Source: an uncultured Alphaproteobacteria bacterium (lineage in GTDB: Bacteria; Pseudomonadota; Alphaproteobacteria; Sphingomonadales; Sphingomonadaceae). Taken from it: a DNA stretch of 64,000 nucleotides. Positions 48,652-59,051 of this stretch are shown one piece after another. Numbering within the stretch: position 1 is the first letter of the stretch; the number at the start of each line of letters is the position of its first letter. Under the pieces are notes generated by a model. The model had not been told where the DNA came from. It searched no databases and worked only from the letters and a program-made list of their open reading frames with translations. Both the position numbers and the translations under genes were made by a program. Where the stretch lies: NCBI GenBank assembly GCA_963779195.1, contig CAVZWZ010000008.1, positions 431,289 to 495,288 of the forward strand, in the 5' to 3' direction.

Positions 48652-48737
48652 CCCCTCCCCTTCAGGGGAGGGGTTGGGGAGGGGCCTGTCAGACTCCCAC
48701 ACGCCCCACCCCCGGCCCCTCCCCTGAAGGGGAGGGG
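48652..48737. repeat. composite palindromic element (CCCCTCCCCTTCAGGGGAGGGG family)
   Basis: Arms 48652-48685 and 48703-48737 are inverted copies, each internally palindromic; fills the hisC-tyrA gap. Confidence 0.9.
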
Positions 48738-48754
48738 AGCAATCGCGCAAAAAG

Positions 48755-49869
48755 TCACTTCGCGCCCTCCGCCATCTCGCGCAAACCGGCGGCGATCGCG
48801 TCCATCTGCTGCGCCGTGCCGATGGTGATGCGCAGCCCATGCGGCAGGCCCTGTCCCGGCAGCCAGCGGGCGATGTAGCCGCGCTCGGCGAGGCCATGAT
48901 AGGCCGCCTCGGCGCTCAGCTTGCCCTCGAACAGGATCAGCACGAAATTGGCCTGGCTCGGCACCGCCCGCAACCCGTGGTTGCCCATCGCCTCCACCGC
49001 CGCGACGAAGCGCGCGCGTTCGGCGGCGTTGTGGCGGCGCGACATGCTCGACGAAGGCCTGGTCGCCGACGGCGGCCAGGCAGGCCGCCTGCGCGCTGTT
49101 GCTCAGGTTGAACGGCCCGCGGATGCGGTTGAGCACGTCGATCAGTTCAGCAGCCCCGGTCGCCCAGCCGACCCGTTCGCCGGCCAGGCCATAGGCTTTG
49201 GAGAAGGTCCGGGTCACCAGCACATTGGCGTGAGCTGGCGGCGAGCTCCAGCCCGCCGTCGTCGTCTTCGGGCGCGACATATTCGCCATAGGCCTGATCG
49301 AGCACCAGCAGCACATCGGCGGGCAGCGCGGCATGCAGCCGGGCGATCTCGCCGCGGGCCAGGAAGCTGCCGGTGGGGTTGTTGGGATTGGCGATGAACA
49401 CCACCCGGGTCTTGTCGTTCACCAGCGCCAGCAGCCCTTCGATATCGGTGCCGTAATCCGCGTCGGGCGCGACCACCGGCGTCGCGCCGCAGCGGCGGGC
49501 GACGATGTCGTAGAGCGAGAAGCCGTAACGCACATAGAGCACCTCGTCGCCCGGCCCGGCAAAGGCGCTGGCGGCGATGGCGAGCAGCTCGCCCGAGCCG
49601 GTGCCGCAGAGGATGCGCGCCGGATCGATGCCGTGCAGCGCACCCAGCGCCTCGCGCAGGGCCACGCTGTCGGGATCGGGGTAGAGCGAGGGCATCACCG
49701 CTTCGGCGCGCGCCGCCAGCGCCTTGGGGCTGGTGCCCAGCGGGTTCTCGTTGGCCGAGAGCTTGATCAGCGGCCGCCCGTCCGCGCCGCCAAAGTCACT
49801 GGCGCTCTTGCCGGGGACATAGGCGTGGATCGCGGCGATCCAGGGCTTGGGGATGGGGGCGAGTGGCAT
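48755..49869 (-). CDS. hisC: histidinol-phosphate aminotransferase, two frameshifts (~49235, ~49045)
   Basis: [59 protein letters not shown] across three frames. Confidence 0.93.
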
Positions 49870-49941
49870 GGCGGGGGCGCCCTTAGCCGAGCCCGCGAGG
49901 AATTGACAGAGCATCGGCGCTCGCCCAAGCCGCAGCGCACC

Positions 49942-51064
49942 ATGGCGACCGCCACGATCACCACCGCCAGCGAGGTTCTGACTCTCGCCCAGCCGCTGCC
50001 GCTCGACGGCGGGCAGAGCCTGGACGGCGTGCGCGTCGCCTATGAGGCCTATGGCGCGCTGTCCCCGGCCGCGACAACGCCATTCTGATCTGCCACGCCA
50101 CCAGCGGCGACCAATATGTCGCCAGCCCGCACCCGATCACCGGCAAGCCCGGCTGGTGGGACCGCATGGTCGGCCCGGGCAAGCCGATCGACACCGACCG
50201 GTTCTATGTGATCTGCGCCAATGTGCTGGGCGGCTGCATGGGCTCGACCGGGCCGGGCAGCGACGGCCCGCGACGGCAAGCCCTGGGCGATGCGCTTTCC
50301 GGTGATCACCATCCGCGACATGGTCCGCGCGCAGGTCGCGCTGCTCGAAGCGCTGGGGATCGAGCGGCTCTACGCCGTGGTCGGCGGCTCGATGGGCGGG
50401 ATGCAGGGGCTCAGCCTCGCCGCCAACTGGCCCAGGCATCGCCGAACGCGTGCTGTGCATCGCCGGCACCGCGACCATGCCGGCGCAGAACATCGCCTTT
50501 CAGGAGGTCGGGCGCCAGGCGATCATGGCCGATCCCAACTGGCAGGGCGGCAACTACTATGGCACGGCAAAGCGCCCGATGCCGGCCTGTCGGTGGCGCG
50601 GATGGCGGCGCATATCACCTATCTGTCGGAAGCCAGCCTGACCGAGAAGTTCGGGCGGCAGGCTGCAGGACCGCCCAGAGAACAAGGGCCAAGACCTTCG
50701 GCTTCGACGCCGATTTCCAGGTCGAAAGCTATCTGCGCCACCAGGGGCTGACGCTTCACCGAGCGCTTCGACGCCAATTCCTATCTCTATATCACCCGCG
50801 CAATGAGCTATTTCGACCTCGCCGAGGAACATGGCGGGCGGCTGGCGGATGCCTTCGCGGCGACCAAAGCGCGGTTCTGCGTGGTCAGCTTCGACAGCGA
50901 CTGGCTCTATCCCACCGAACTCTCGCGCGAACCTGGCGCATGCGCTCAACGCAGCGGGCGCGCCGGTGAGCTTTGTCGAGCTGTCCGCGCCGTTCGGGCA
51001 TGACAGCTTCCTGCTGGAAGTGCCCGAGCTCGACCGGGTGGTCGCGGGGTTTCTCGGGCAATGA
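49942..51064 (+). CDS. metX: homoserine O-acetyltransferase, multiple frameshifts
   Basis: [58 protein letters not shown] spread over alternating frames. Confidence 0.9.
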
Positions 51065-51661
51065 ACCAGCGCCGAACTCCCTGCGCCCCGATCTCGCGCT
51101 GATCGCCGCCCATGTCGCGCCCGGCGGCCGCGTGCTCGATGTCGGCTGCGGCGATGGGGCGCTGCTCGAGGCCCTGCGCGACGAGCGGCAGTGCGATGCG
51201 CGCGGCATGGAGATCGATGCCGGCAATGTCGCCGAATGCGTCGCCAAGGGGCTGTCGGTGATCCAGGGCGACGGCGATACCGATCTCGCCTTCTATCCCG
51301 ACCAGTCGTTCGACTACGCCATCCTCAGCGAGACCCTGCAAACCATGAAGCGTCCCGATCTGGTGCTGGAGGAACTGCTGCGGGTCGGCAAGCACGCCGT
51401 CGTCAGCTTTCCCAATTTCGCCCATTGGCGGGTGCGGCTGTCGCTGCTGTTCGGCGGCAAGATGCCGGTGACGCGGCTGCTGCCGGTCGCCTGGTATGCG
51501 ACGCCCAACATCCACCATCTGACGGTGGCGGATTTCGAGGAACTGGTGCGCGCGCGCGGGATCAGGGTGGAGCGGGCCTGGTTCCTCGCCGGCGACGCCA
51601 GATCGGCGCGGCGGCGGCGAATTTGCGCGCGGAGCATGCGATTTTCCTGCTTTCGCGCTGA
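51061..51661 (+). CDS. metW: methionine biosynthesis protein MetW, frameshift near 51597
   Basis: RVLDVGCGDG, FDYAILS, SFPNFAHW, WYATPNIH; follows metX. Confidence 0.92.
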
Positions 51662-52429
51662 AGCGTCGTTCACCAGCAGCACTGAATCATCCCGCGCCAG
51701 CGCCCACAGGCTCAGGCCTGCCGCCCTGGCCCGCGCCGCCGCCATGGTCGTCGGCAACGATACCGTCACCAGCGTCGTCGCCCCGGCCCGCACTGCTTTC
51801 TCGACAATCTCATAGCTGCACCGCGCGGTCGAGAGGACAAAGCCCCGGCGACAGCGCCAGCCCCTCCCGCGCCATCGCGCCGATCAGCTTGTCGAGCGCA
51901 TTATGCCGCCCGACATCCTCGCGCAGGCAGTGGATTTCGCCGACGGCATCGGCCCAGGCGGCGGCATGCGCCGCGCCGGTGGCCGCGGCTCAGCGGCTGG
52001 CGATCTTCAAGCGCGGCGAGTGCGGCGAATATCGCCTCCGGCGCTATCTCCGCGTGCGCCGCCACCGGCGGCAGCGGCCTTGCCACCGCCTCCAGATTTT
52101 CGATCCCGCACAGCCCGCAGCTCGATTCCGCCACCCGGGCGCGGACCCGCTCGCCAAGCTGCTGCGCGCCGAGGCCCGACAGCGGCGGCCCGGACGATCC
52201 AGCCGAGTTCGACCTCGGCCACGCCGAGGTCCGTCACCTCGCCAGCATGCGCCGCCAGCCCCTCGGTCAGCGCGAAGCCGGTGGCGAAATCGGCGAGGTC
52301 CGCCGGGGTCGCCATCATCACCGCATAGGCGAGGCCGTTGAACTCGAGCGCCACCGGGGCTTCGGGCACCCATTCGCGCGAGATGGCGAGGCGGCTGCCG
52401 TCCCGCTGGACTTCGACCGCCTCCGCCAT
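51660..52429 (-). CDS. fdhD: FdhD sulfurtransferase, several frameshifts, 3' end uncertain
   Basis: [66 protein letters not shown]. Confidence 0.85.
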
Positions 52430-52433
52430 CGCA

Positions 52434-52823
52434 TCAGCCGATGTTGAGGTTATAAAACGCCGCCAGCTTGTTGCCGTCCGGATCGCGCAGATAAGCCCCG
52501 AACGAGCCGGGGGCCTGCGGCTTGGGCTCGGGGATGCCTTCGCAAGAGCCGCCATTGGCCAGCCCCGCCGCATGCCAGGCGGCGACATCCGCTTCGCTGT
52601 CAGCCTGGAACAGGATGGTGCCGCCATTGGCGTGGGTCGCCGCCTTGCCGTCGCGCGCCGGACCGATCGCGAAGTTGGGTCCGCCCGGCAGCTTGTACAT
52701 GGCGATGGGATATTCGTCGGGCATCGGCGTCCGCTCGACCCCGAGCACGCCAAAGGTCGCGTCGTAAAAGGCGCGCGCCTTGGCGAGATCGTTGCAGCCG
52801 ATCCGCAGGTTCTGGAGTTTCAT
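52434..52823 (-). CDS. VOC/glyoxalase family protein
   Basis: IGCNDLAKARAFYDA...ANGG...AYLRDPDGNKL. Confidence 0.92.
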   Translation of the reverse strand: MKLQNLRIGCNDLAKARAFYDATFGVLGVERTPMPDEYPIAMYKLPGGPNFAIGPARDGKAATHANGGTILFQADSEADVAAWHAAGLANGGSCEGIPEPKPQAPGSFGAYLRDPDGNKLAAFYNLNIG

Positions 52824-52835
52824 CGGTTCCGCTCC

Positions 52836-53213
52836 TCAAGCCGCCGGCAGCATGGCGCAAAGCTTGTTGCCGTCGGGATCGCGCAGATAGGCGAGATAGA
52901 GCTTGGCGAAGCCGAGATCGCGCACCCCCGGCGGGTCCTCGCAAGAAGTGCCGCCCGCCGCGACGCCGGCATCGTGCCAGGCATTGGCCTGCTCGCTGCT
53001 GTCCATCGAAAAGCCGATGGTGCCGCCATTGGCGAAGCTGGCGGGTTCGCCGTTGATCGGCGTCGAGATCATGAAATTGCTGCCTTTGTGGGCATAGGCC
53101 AGCCGAGTGCCCATATCCATGCCCGGTTTGCCGCCGATGGCGGTGAAAACGGCGTCGTAGAATTTCTTCGATTTGGCGAGGTCGTTGCTGCCGACCACAA
53201 CATGCGTGAACAT
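52836..53213 (-). CDS. VOC/glyoxalase family protein (tandem paralog)
   Basis: MFTHVVVGSNDLAKSKKFYDA...ANGGTIGF...YLAYLRDPDGNKLCA. Confidence 0.93.
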   Translation of the reverse strand: MFTHVVVGSNDLAKSKKFYDAVFTAIGGKPGMDMGTRLAYAHKGSNFMISTPINGEPASFANGGTIGFSMDSSEQANAWHDAGVAAGGTSCEDPPGVRDLGFAKLYLAYLRDPDGNKLCAMLPAA

Positions 53214-53478
53214 GAAACACTCTCCGGTCTTGGGTTGAACCGCGAAGGTTCTTAGACCCGGTTGCCCCGATGGGAAAGCAGGATGATCGCGCATCGCGGC
53301 GTTTGCGCATCCGCGTTTTCACCTAACGGCGAAACGCGGCTCCGGCGCGGCGAGCGGAGTAAAAGAGTCAATAAAATCCGTTTCATCGCGCGCGAAGTGC
53401 AAGTCACCCCAATTCGATTGCGCCGGATTTGTTAATTCGCATCCCTGCGATTAACCAAATTAATAGGGGTCGGGGCGT

Positions 53479-54231
53479 TTGGCTGTAATCGCAGTCTACA
53501 GCGTCAAAGGGGGCGTAGGGAAAACGACCATTGCGGTCGATCTCGCATGGCGCTCAGCGACGCATTCGCGGTGCAACACACTGCTGTGGGATCTCGATCC
53601 GCAAGGCGGGGCGGCGTTTCTGCTTGGCCAGGCGGAGCGGCCCTGTCCGCGTTCGGCCTCGGTGTTCCAGCGCGAGGGCAAGCCCCGTCAGCTGATCGCC
53701 GATACCAGCTACCCGAAACTCTCGTTGCTGCAGGCCGACGAAAGTCTGCGCAGCCTGCCGGTGCAGCTCGCCCGGCTCGGCCAGAAGCGCCGCTTGCAGA
53801 CGCTGACTAACTATCTGCGGGCGGAATACGATCATATCGTGCTCGATTGCCCGGGCGGCCTCAACGAGGTCAGCGATCAGGTGCTCAACGCCGCCGATGT
53901 GCTGATCGTGCCGCTGCCGCCATCGCCGCTGTCTTTGCGTGCGCTCGATACGATCCGCTGCGAGCTGCTGCGCAACCACCAGCGCCATCCGCCGATCCTG
54001 CCGGTGCTGTCGATGTACGATCACCGCCGCAAGCTGCACCGCGACGCCCGCGATGCGACAGCCTCGGGCTGGCCGGTCGTGCCGCTGGCCAGCCAGCTCG
54101 AGCTGTCGGCGGTCAGGCGCGCGCCGATCGGCAGCTTCGCCGATGGCTGCGACGCCGACCGCTCGCTGAGCAAGCTGTGGACCGCGATCGAGGCCAAGAT
54201 CGGCCACCGCCAGCTGGCGATGGCCTGTTAA
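53479..54231 (+). CDS. orphan ParA/Soj family ATPase
   Basis: KGGVGKTT, LWDLDPQG, IVLDCPGG; no parB adjacent. Confidence 0.9.
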   Translation: MAVIAVYSVKGGVGKTTIAVDLAWRSATHSRCNTLLWDLDPQGGAAFLLGQAERPCPRSASVFQREGKPRQLIADTSYPKLSLLQADESLRSLPVQLARLGQKRRLQTLTNYLRAEYDHIVLDCPGGLNEVSDQVLNAADVLIVPLPPSPLSLRALDTIRCELLRNHQRHPPILPVLSMYDHRRKLHRDARDATASGWPVVPLASQLELSAVRRAPIGSFADGCDADRSLSKLWTAIEAKIGHRQLAMAC

Positions 54232-54328
54232 TCGAAGGCGACGGTTTGCTGAACGCGTTCAGCCGCGCGACAGCAATCCGCCCCTAGACCGGTCCTGCCC
54301 GAATCGCGGGCGCTGGAGGGTTGTAATC

Positions 54329-54775
54329 ATGTCGCTGCGTTCCGCTCTGTTCGCCGCCGGTCTCGCCGCCACGCTGCTGGCCCCGGTGCCCGCCCTGGCG
54401 CGCGACAAGAGCCTCAGCGAAGCGGCCGAGAAGCTGTCCGATCCGCGCCTGCAGGAAACCATCGCCACGGCGATGGCCTCGCTCAGCCAGGCGCTGATGG
54501 GCATGAAAATGGCCCCCTTCGCCCGCGCGATGGAAACCATGGGCAAGAGCATGGGCGACGCCACCGGCGAGCCCGCCGACATGCCCGCGATCGATCCCGA
54601 CGCCACCCTGGGCGAGATGATCGGCCCCGACGCCGAGCGCCTGCCGCAAGAGCTATCCGCAAGGGTTCCGGCGATGATGGGGGCGATGGCCGGCATGGCC
54701 GGCGCCGTCGAGGGCATGCTGCCTCAGCTCGAAGCCATGGGCAAGCAGCTCAAGCGCTCGCTGCCGCGCAACTGA
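54329..54775 (+). CDS. secreted Met-rich hypothetical protein
   Basis: GGAGG RBS, signal peptide ending ALA. Confidence 0.75.
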   Translation: MSLRSALFAAGLAATLLAPVPALARDKSLSEAAEKLSDPRLQETIATAMASLSQALMGMKMAPFARAMETMGKSMGDATGEPADMPAIDPDATLGEMIGPDAERLPQELSARVPAMMGAMAGMAGAVEGMLPQLEAMGKQLKRSLPRN

Positions 54776-54886
54776 ATCCGCTCAATGGCTTGCAAGCCGC
54801 GCGGCGGGGTTATCCACCTGATTTCGCGTTTCGTTCGCCGCGCCGCGGGTGGACGAAACGCGTCTGCTTGAGGCAAGGCCATACCC

Positions 54887-55558
54887 ATGTGGCAGCTCTA
54901 CCAATTCCCGCTATGCCCGTTCAGCCGCAAGCTGCGGCTGCTGATGAGCGAAAAGGGCATCGGCTATGAGCTGTGGCGCGAGAACCCGTGGGAAGGCCGC
55001 GACGAATTCCTCGGCCTCAACGCGGCGGGCCGCACCCCGGTGCTGCACGATCCCGAAAAGGGCATTACGCTCTGCGACAGCCGGGCGATCTGCGAATATC
55101 TCGAGGAAACCGTCGACAAGAACGCGATGATTTCCGGCACCGCTGCGGGCCGCGCGGAAATCCGCCGGCTGGTGGCGCTGTTCGACGAGAATTTCTTCGA
55201 CGACATCACCGCGCCGCTGATGCACGAGCGGATGAAGAAGCGGCTGATCCTGCGCCAGGCGCCCGATTCCAAAGTGCTGCGCGAGGCGATGAAGCTGGCG
55301 CATGAGCATCTCGAATATATCGACTATCTGATCGATAACCGCCCCTGGCTGGCCGGCGCAACCATGAGCCTCGCCGACCTCGCCGCCGCCGCGCAGATCT
55401 CGGTGGCGGATTACCTCGGCGGCATCGACTGGTCCGGCCACGAACAATCGCGCGGCTGGTATTCGGTGTTCAAGAGCCGCCCCAGCTTCCGCCCGCTGCT
55501 GTCGGAGCGGATGGATGTGATCCAGCCGCCGGAGCATTATGCGGATGTGGATGGGTGA
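54887..55558 (+). CDS. glutathione S-transferase family protein, FzlA-like
   Basis: CPFSRK, LNAAGRTPVL, DSRAICEYL, SLADLAAAAQIS, KSRPSFRPLL, PPEHYAD C-terminus. Confidence 0.88.
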   Translation: MWQLYQFPLCPFSRKLRLLMSEKGIGYELWRENPWEGRDEFLGLNAAGRTPVLHDPEKGITLCDSRAICEYLEETVDKNAMISGTAAGRAEIRRLVALFDENFFDDITAPLMHERMKKRLILRQAPDSKVLREAMKLAHEHLEYIDYLIDNRPWLAGATMSLADLAAAAQISVADYLGGIDWSGHEQSRGWYSVFKSRPSFRPLLSERMDVIQPPEHYADVDG

Positions 55559-55589
55559 AGGGGGGGCAACCGGGTCGGAATGCGCTGCG

Positions 55590-55810
55590 ATGCTAGACCT
55601 GGTGCAAATCTGCTGGAACCGCGGACTGCTCGCCGATGTGGCACGCCATGTGGATCGGATCGGCCTGGTCCCGCTTGGCAACCTCGATCGCGCGGCCTTG
55701 GCCGAGAAGCGGTGGCTGCGCGCGTCGCTTGCGGATGGCGAAATCGACCTGCGGCCATTTATCGAGGCGCTCGAAACTGCGGGATATTCCGGAGTTTATC
55801 AACTGGTGAA
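55590..55810 (+). pseudogene. C-terminal fragment of a sugar phosphate isomerase/epimerase (TIM barrel)
   Basis: HVDRIGLV...RASLADGEIDLRPFIEALETAGYSGVY resembles that family's GDGxIDL...GYxG; no N-terminal half. Confidence 0.5.
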
Positions 55811-55856
55811 CCCTCGCGCACTCTCGCCCGAGGAATGTATCGCTGCGAAACGTGCT

Positions 55857-56150
55857 CTAACTCCGCGCGAGTGTGTCGATAACCCTTGCCAGCGCGAGGT
55901 CCTTTTCGGACACGCCGCCTGCGTCATGGGTGGTCAGCCAGATATCCAGTTTGTTGTAAACATTGAACCACTCGGGGTGATGGTCGGCCTTCTCGGCCTC
56001 TATCCCGATGCGCACCATCAGGCCCAGGGCAGCCGAAAAATCCTTGAGCACCAGCCTGCGATGGAGGGCGTCCCGGTCTTCGACATAGGTCCATTCGGGA
56101 AGCGCCCAAAGTGCCTGGTCGCGCTCGCTCTTGCTCAAAGCCTGGGGCAT
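55857..56150 (-). CDS. pterin-4-alpha-carbinolamine dehydratase
   Basis: AEKADHHPEWFNVYNKL...LTTHDAGGVSEKDLALA. Confidence 0.95.
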   Translation of the reverse strand: MPQALSKSERDQALWALPEWTYVEDRDALHRRLVLKDFSAALGLMVRIGIEAEKADHHPEWFNVYNKLDIWLTTHDAGGVSEKDLALARVIDTLARS

Positions 56151-56496
56151 ATCTCGTCCTTCATGTGGGCCGGTGGCTTGCGGCGTTCACAGCCTCGCCA
56201 ATCGCGATCGGCCTGTCGCAATTGAGACCCCTGGCCGCGCATGCCGCCCGGTGGCCGCGCAGCGCGACATGGGCGTCGGCCACTGTCTCGATCTGGCCGT
56301 CGCCGCGCGAGACGAAGCCAGGTCGTCGATCCCGATGTGGATCGCATCCTGCATGGCTGGCGGAATGAGCGACTGGAAGGGCTGATACCAACCTGCAACG
56401 ATCCTGACAAGGAAGCGTGATGCAGACTGCTGGAAGCGGGAATTTCAGTGAGATAGGCGAAGGCATTCGCGTGCTGGCCGTCTGCGATCTTCTCGG

Positions 56497-57873
56497 TCAT
56501 GCGCTGCGGCAGGCCTCCCAGGCCGCCAAGGCCCGGGCGCGGGCGGCTTCGTGCGATACGATCGGCAAGGGATAGGCCGGCGGAGTGACGCCCTTTTCGT
56601 GCGGAGCGTGGATTTCGTCGTCGCGCAAATGGGCAAGCTCGGGCACGAAACGCCGGATATAGTCCGCCATTTCGAACTTCGGGCTCTGCACCAGCGGCGC
56701 CATCATCCGCGAGAACACCGGCGCATCGACCCCCGATCCCGCGACATATTGCCAGTTCATCGCATTCGCGCCGAGATTGGCATCGAGCAGCGTATCCCAG
56801 AACCAGCGCTCGCCGCGCCGCCAGTCGATCAGCAGATGCTTGACCAGGAACGAGGCCGCGATCATCCGCACCCTATTGTGCATCCAGCCGGTCTGCCACA
56901 GCTCGCGCATGCCGGCGTCGACCGCCGGAAAGCCGGTCAGGCCCCTGGACCAGGCGCGGAAGTCGGCATCGGCTTCGCTGCCGCTCCGCCAGGGAAAGCG
57001 GTCGAACAGGGCGCGGCCGTTGTTCAGCGCATAACCGGGAAACTGATCGACCAGATTGAGCCCATGCTCGCGCCAGGCGATCTCGCTGAGAAAGGATTTC
57101 GCCTGCGGGCCTGCCGCCTTGGCGGCATGATGCCACAGCGCGGCGGGCGAGATTTCGCCGAAGTGGATGTGCGGGGATAGCCGCGACGTGCCCGGGCGCG
57201 CGGGGAAATTGCGTTCCTCTTCATAGTCTTCCACTGCGGGCAGGAACGCGCGGAAGGCGGCGCGGGCGCCGCGTTCGCCGGGGGTCCACCCGGTGAAGCC
57301 GCCAGCCCAGTCGGGGTTGCGCGGGAGCAGGCCCCAGGCGTCGAGGCCGCCGGATGGCGGGATGGCAGCGGGGCAATCGATCCGTTCCGGGCGCGGCAGC
57401 GGCAGCGGCGGCGGCATCTGTTCGCGCAGCCGCGCGAACCACGGCGTGAACACGCGGTAGCGTTGGCCCGAGCCATTGCGGATGCCGCGCGGATTGGCCA
57501 GCTGGTTGCCTTCGTGCAGGATCAGCGGGAGATGTTTTGCGGTTTCGGCCTCCGCCACCTGCCACCAGGGTTCGTAGTGGCGATGGGCATGGACGGCTGC
57601 CGCGCCGGTTTCCCCGGCCAGCCGGGCGAGTTCGGCGCTGGACCGGCCGCGCCGCAGGATCAGCGGCGCGCCGAGCCGGGCCAGATCCTCGCGCAGCGCC
57701 GCCAGGCTATGGTGCAGCCACCAGCGCTGCGCCCCGCCGATGCGATGTTCGCCCGGGGTTTCGTCGTCGAGGATATAGACCGGCAGCACCGGCCCCGAGG
57801 CCGCCGCCGCCATCAGTGCCGCATGGTCGCGGAGCCGCAAATCCTGCCTGAACCAGATGAGCTGTGTCGCCAA
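56497..57873 (-). CDS. deoxyribodipyrimidine photolyase (class I/III CPD)
   Basis: TTG start after AGGGAGG; WFRQDLRLRDH, TSRLSPHIHFGEIS, TGFPAVDAGMREL, GWMHNRVRMI, WFWDTLLDA. Confidence 0.96.
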   Translation of the reverse strand: MATQLIWFRQDLRLRDHAALMAAAASGPVLPVYILDDETPGEHRIGGAQRWWLHHSLAALREDLARLGAPLILRRGRSSAELARLAGETGAAAVHAHRHYEPWWQVAEAETAKHLPLILHEGNQLANPRGIRNGSGQRYRVFTPWFARLREQMPPPLPLPRPERIDCPAAIPPSGGLDAWGLLPRNPDWAGGFTGWTPGERGARAAFRAFLPAVEDYEEERNFPARPGTSRLSPHIHFGEISPAALWHHAAKAAGPQAKSFLSEIAWREHGLNLVDQFPGYALNNGRALFDRFPWRSGSEADADFRAWSRGLTGFPAVDAGMRELWQTGWMHNRVRMIAASFLVKHLLIDWRRGERWFWDTLLDANLGANAMNWQYVAGSGVDAPVFSRMMAPLVQSPKFEMADYIRRFVPELAHLRDDEIHAPHEKGVTPPAYPLPIVSHEAARARALAAWEACRSA

Positions 57874-57890
57874 GCGCGCCTCCCTAGAAG

Positions 57891-57979
57891 TGCGGGTCCA
57901 GCCGGGGAGAGCGGCCGGACCCGCATTTCCACGATGCCACCTCGATGTCCGGAAGAGTGGGGGGAGGGAACCCTCCGGG
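57891..57979 (-). ncRNA. candidate leader/sRNA with two C-rich-loop hairpins
   Basis: Hairpin 57948-57979 (minus-strand loop UCCCUCCCCCC) and hairpin 57891-57925 (14-bp stem, loop CUCUCCC). Confidence 0.45.
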
Positions 57980-58021
57980 ATGGCCACCCGAACATTGCCT
58001 ATCGCGCATCCCGGCGAAACC

Positions 58022-58035
58022 TGTCCCTTGGGGCA
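58022..58035. promoter_or_regulatory. candidate LOV-HTH operator 1
   Basis: TGTCC-CTTG-GGGCA upstream of the photolyase leader. Confidence 0.5.
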
Positions 58036-58051
58036 GATCGCGGCGCATTGT

Positions 58052-58642
58052 TCAATAGCCGGCCTCGATCGCCAGGCGGATGGCGTCGGCGCTGGTGCGC
58101 ACGCCCAGCGATGCGAAAACCGCAGCGCGGTGCATCTTTACCGTGCGTTCGCCGATGCCCAGCTCATGGGCGATCTGCTTGTTGAGCTTGCCGGCGGCCA
58201 AATGCAGCAACACTTCGCGCTGACGGCGGCTGAGCGAGGCGATCAGGCCGTGCGCCGCCTCGCGCCGCGCGTCGTTGGCCCGGGCGACATCCTCGGCGAT
58301 CTCGACCTGAGAGCCGAGAAAATACTCAAGCTCGCCCGCCGCGTCGAAGATCGGCGCGACCATCACGGCGTTGCGGAACGGCGTGCCGTCTTTCTTGAAA
58401 TTGAGGATTTCGACCATCACCGGCTGGCGGCGGCGGATGCCGTTGCGCAGCATCTCGGTCAGCCAGGGCTCGGTGCCCGGGCCGGAGAGAAACCGGCAAT
58501 TGTGACCGATGATTTCCGCGCGGGCATAGCCGGTCAGCGCCACGAAGGCGTCGTTGCATTCAACGATCGGATTGTCCGGCAGCCGCGGGTTGCTGATCAC
58601 GGCGGCAATGGGGCTGGTCCCGATCATGGCTGTCAGTGACAT
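58052..58642 (-). CDS. blue-light-activated LOV-HTH transcription factor (EL222-like)
   Basis: DNPIVECNDAF..LTGY...IIGHNCRFL, ILNFKKDGTPFRN, YFLGSQ; LuxR HTH LSRRQREVL...NKQIAHELGIGERTVKMHR. Confidence 0.95.
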   Translation of the reverse strand: MSLTAMIGTSPIAAVISNPRLPDNPIVECNDAFVALTGYARAEIIGHNCRFLSGPGTEPWLTEMLRNGIRRRQPVMVEILNFKKDGTPFRNAVMVAPIFDAAGELEYFLGSQVEIAEDVARANDARREAAHGLIASLSRRQREVLLHLAAGKLNKQIAHELGIGERTVKMHRAAVFASLGVRTSADAIRLAIEAGY

Positions 58643-58682
58643 GGTTAACCTCCGTCTAGTCGATACCCGGTCGCGCGGGAAG

Positions 58683-58696
58683 TGCCCTTTTGGACA
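58683..58696. promoter_or_regulatory. candidate LOV-HTH operator 2
   Basis: TGCCC-TTTT-GGACA in the divergent LOV-HTH / HIG1-folE intergenic region. Confidence 0.5.
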
Positions 58697-58791
58697 TCTA
58701 GGCCGTCGCCCGCTTCGCGCTCAGACAGCGGGCGGCCCTGCTCATCCGGAAATGCCCGGTTCGTATGAGGGAGCCCTTCGGAAACCGCACC

Positions 58792-59025
58792 ATGACCTTT
58801 CTGCTCGTCTTGCTGATCGGCGGCTTTGCCATAGCCGCCGCCACTGCCCTGGTCCGGGGGCTGATGGCCTTCTTCCGCGACGCCGAACACATCCGCCTGA
58901 ATGGCGATGCGAAGTTGGAGGCGCATGGTGTGCAGCAGAACCGGATGATGGCGCAGCGCGTGCTTTTCCAGGGCATCGCGATCCTGCTGGTGGCGCTGGT
59001 CGGCGCGCTTGCAGGCCAGATTTGA
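58792..59025 (+). CDS. HIG1 domain (twin TM helix) small protein
   Basis: LVRGLMAF...QNRMMAQRVLFQGIAILLV. Confidence 0.85.
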   Translation: MTFLLVLLIGGFAIAAATALVRGLMAFFRDAEHIRLNGDAKLEAHGVQQNRMMAQRVLFQGIAILLVALVGALAGQI

Positions 59026-59051
59026 GACCAGTGCCGGGAAGGACCGATACG

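Noticed and set aside
49870-49941. SAM riboswitch upstream of metX
   Set aside because: Only about 70 nt of divergent intergenic space and no SAM-II/SAM-SAH consensus recognised.
48755-52429. Cluster of frameshifts in hisC, metX, metW and fdhD (also glpK, the DUF6311-like gene, thiC and SRAP) as real pseudogenisation or programmed frameshifting
   Set aside because: Scattered single-base indels in otherwise undegraded genes, with no nonsense codons or shared slippery motif, are best explained as long-read consensus errors; reads are needed to confirm.
56135-56500. Possible gene between photolyase and pterin dehydratase
   Set aside because: Two competing minus-strand ORFs and no recognisable family; it may be a frameshifted small gene, but I cannot support a call.
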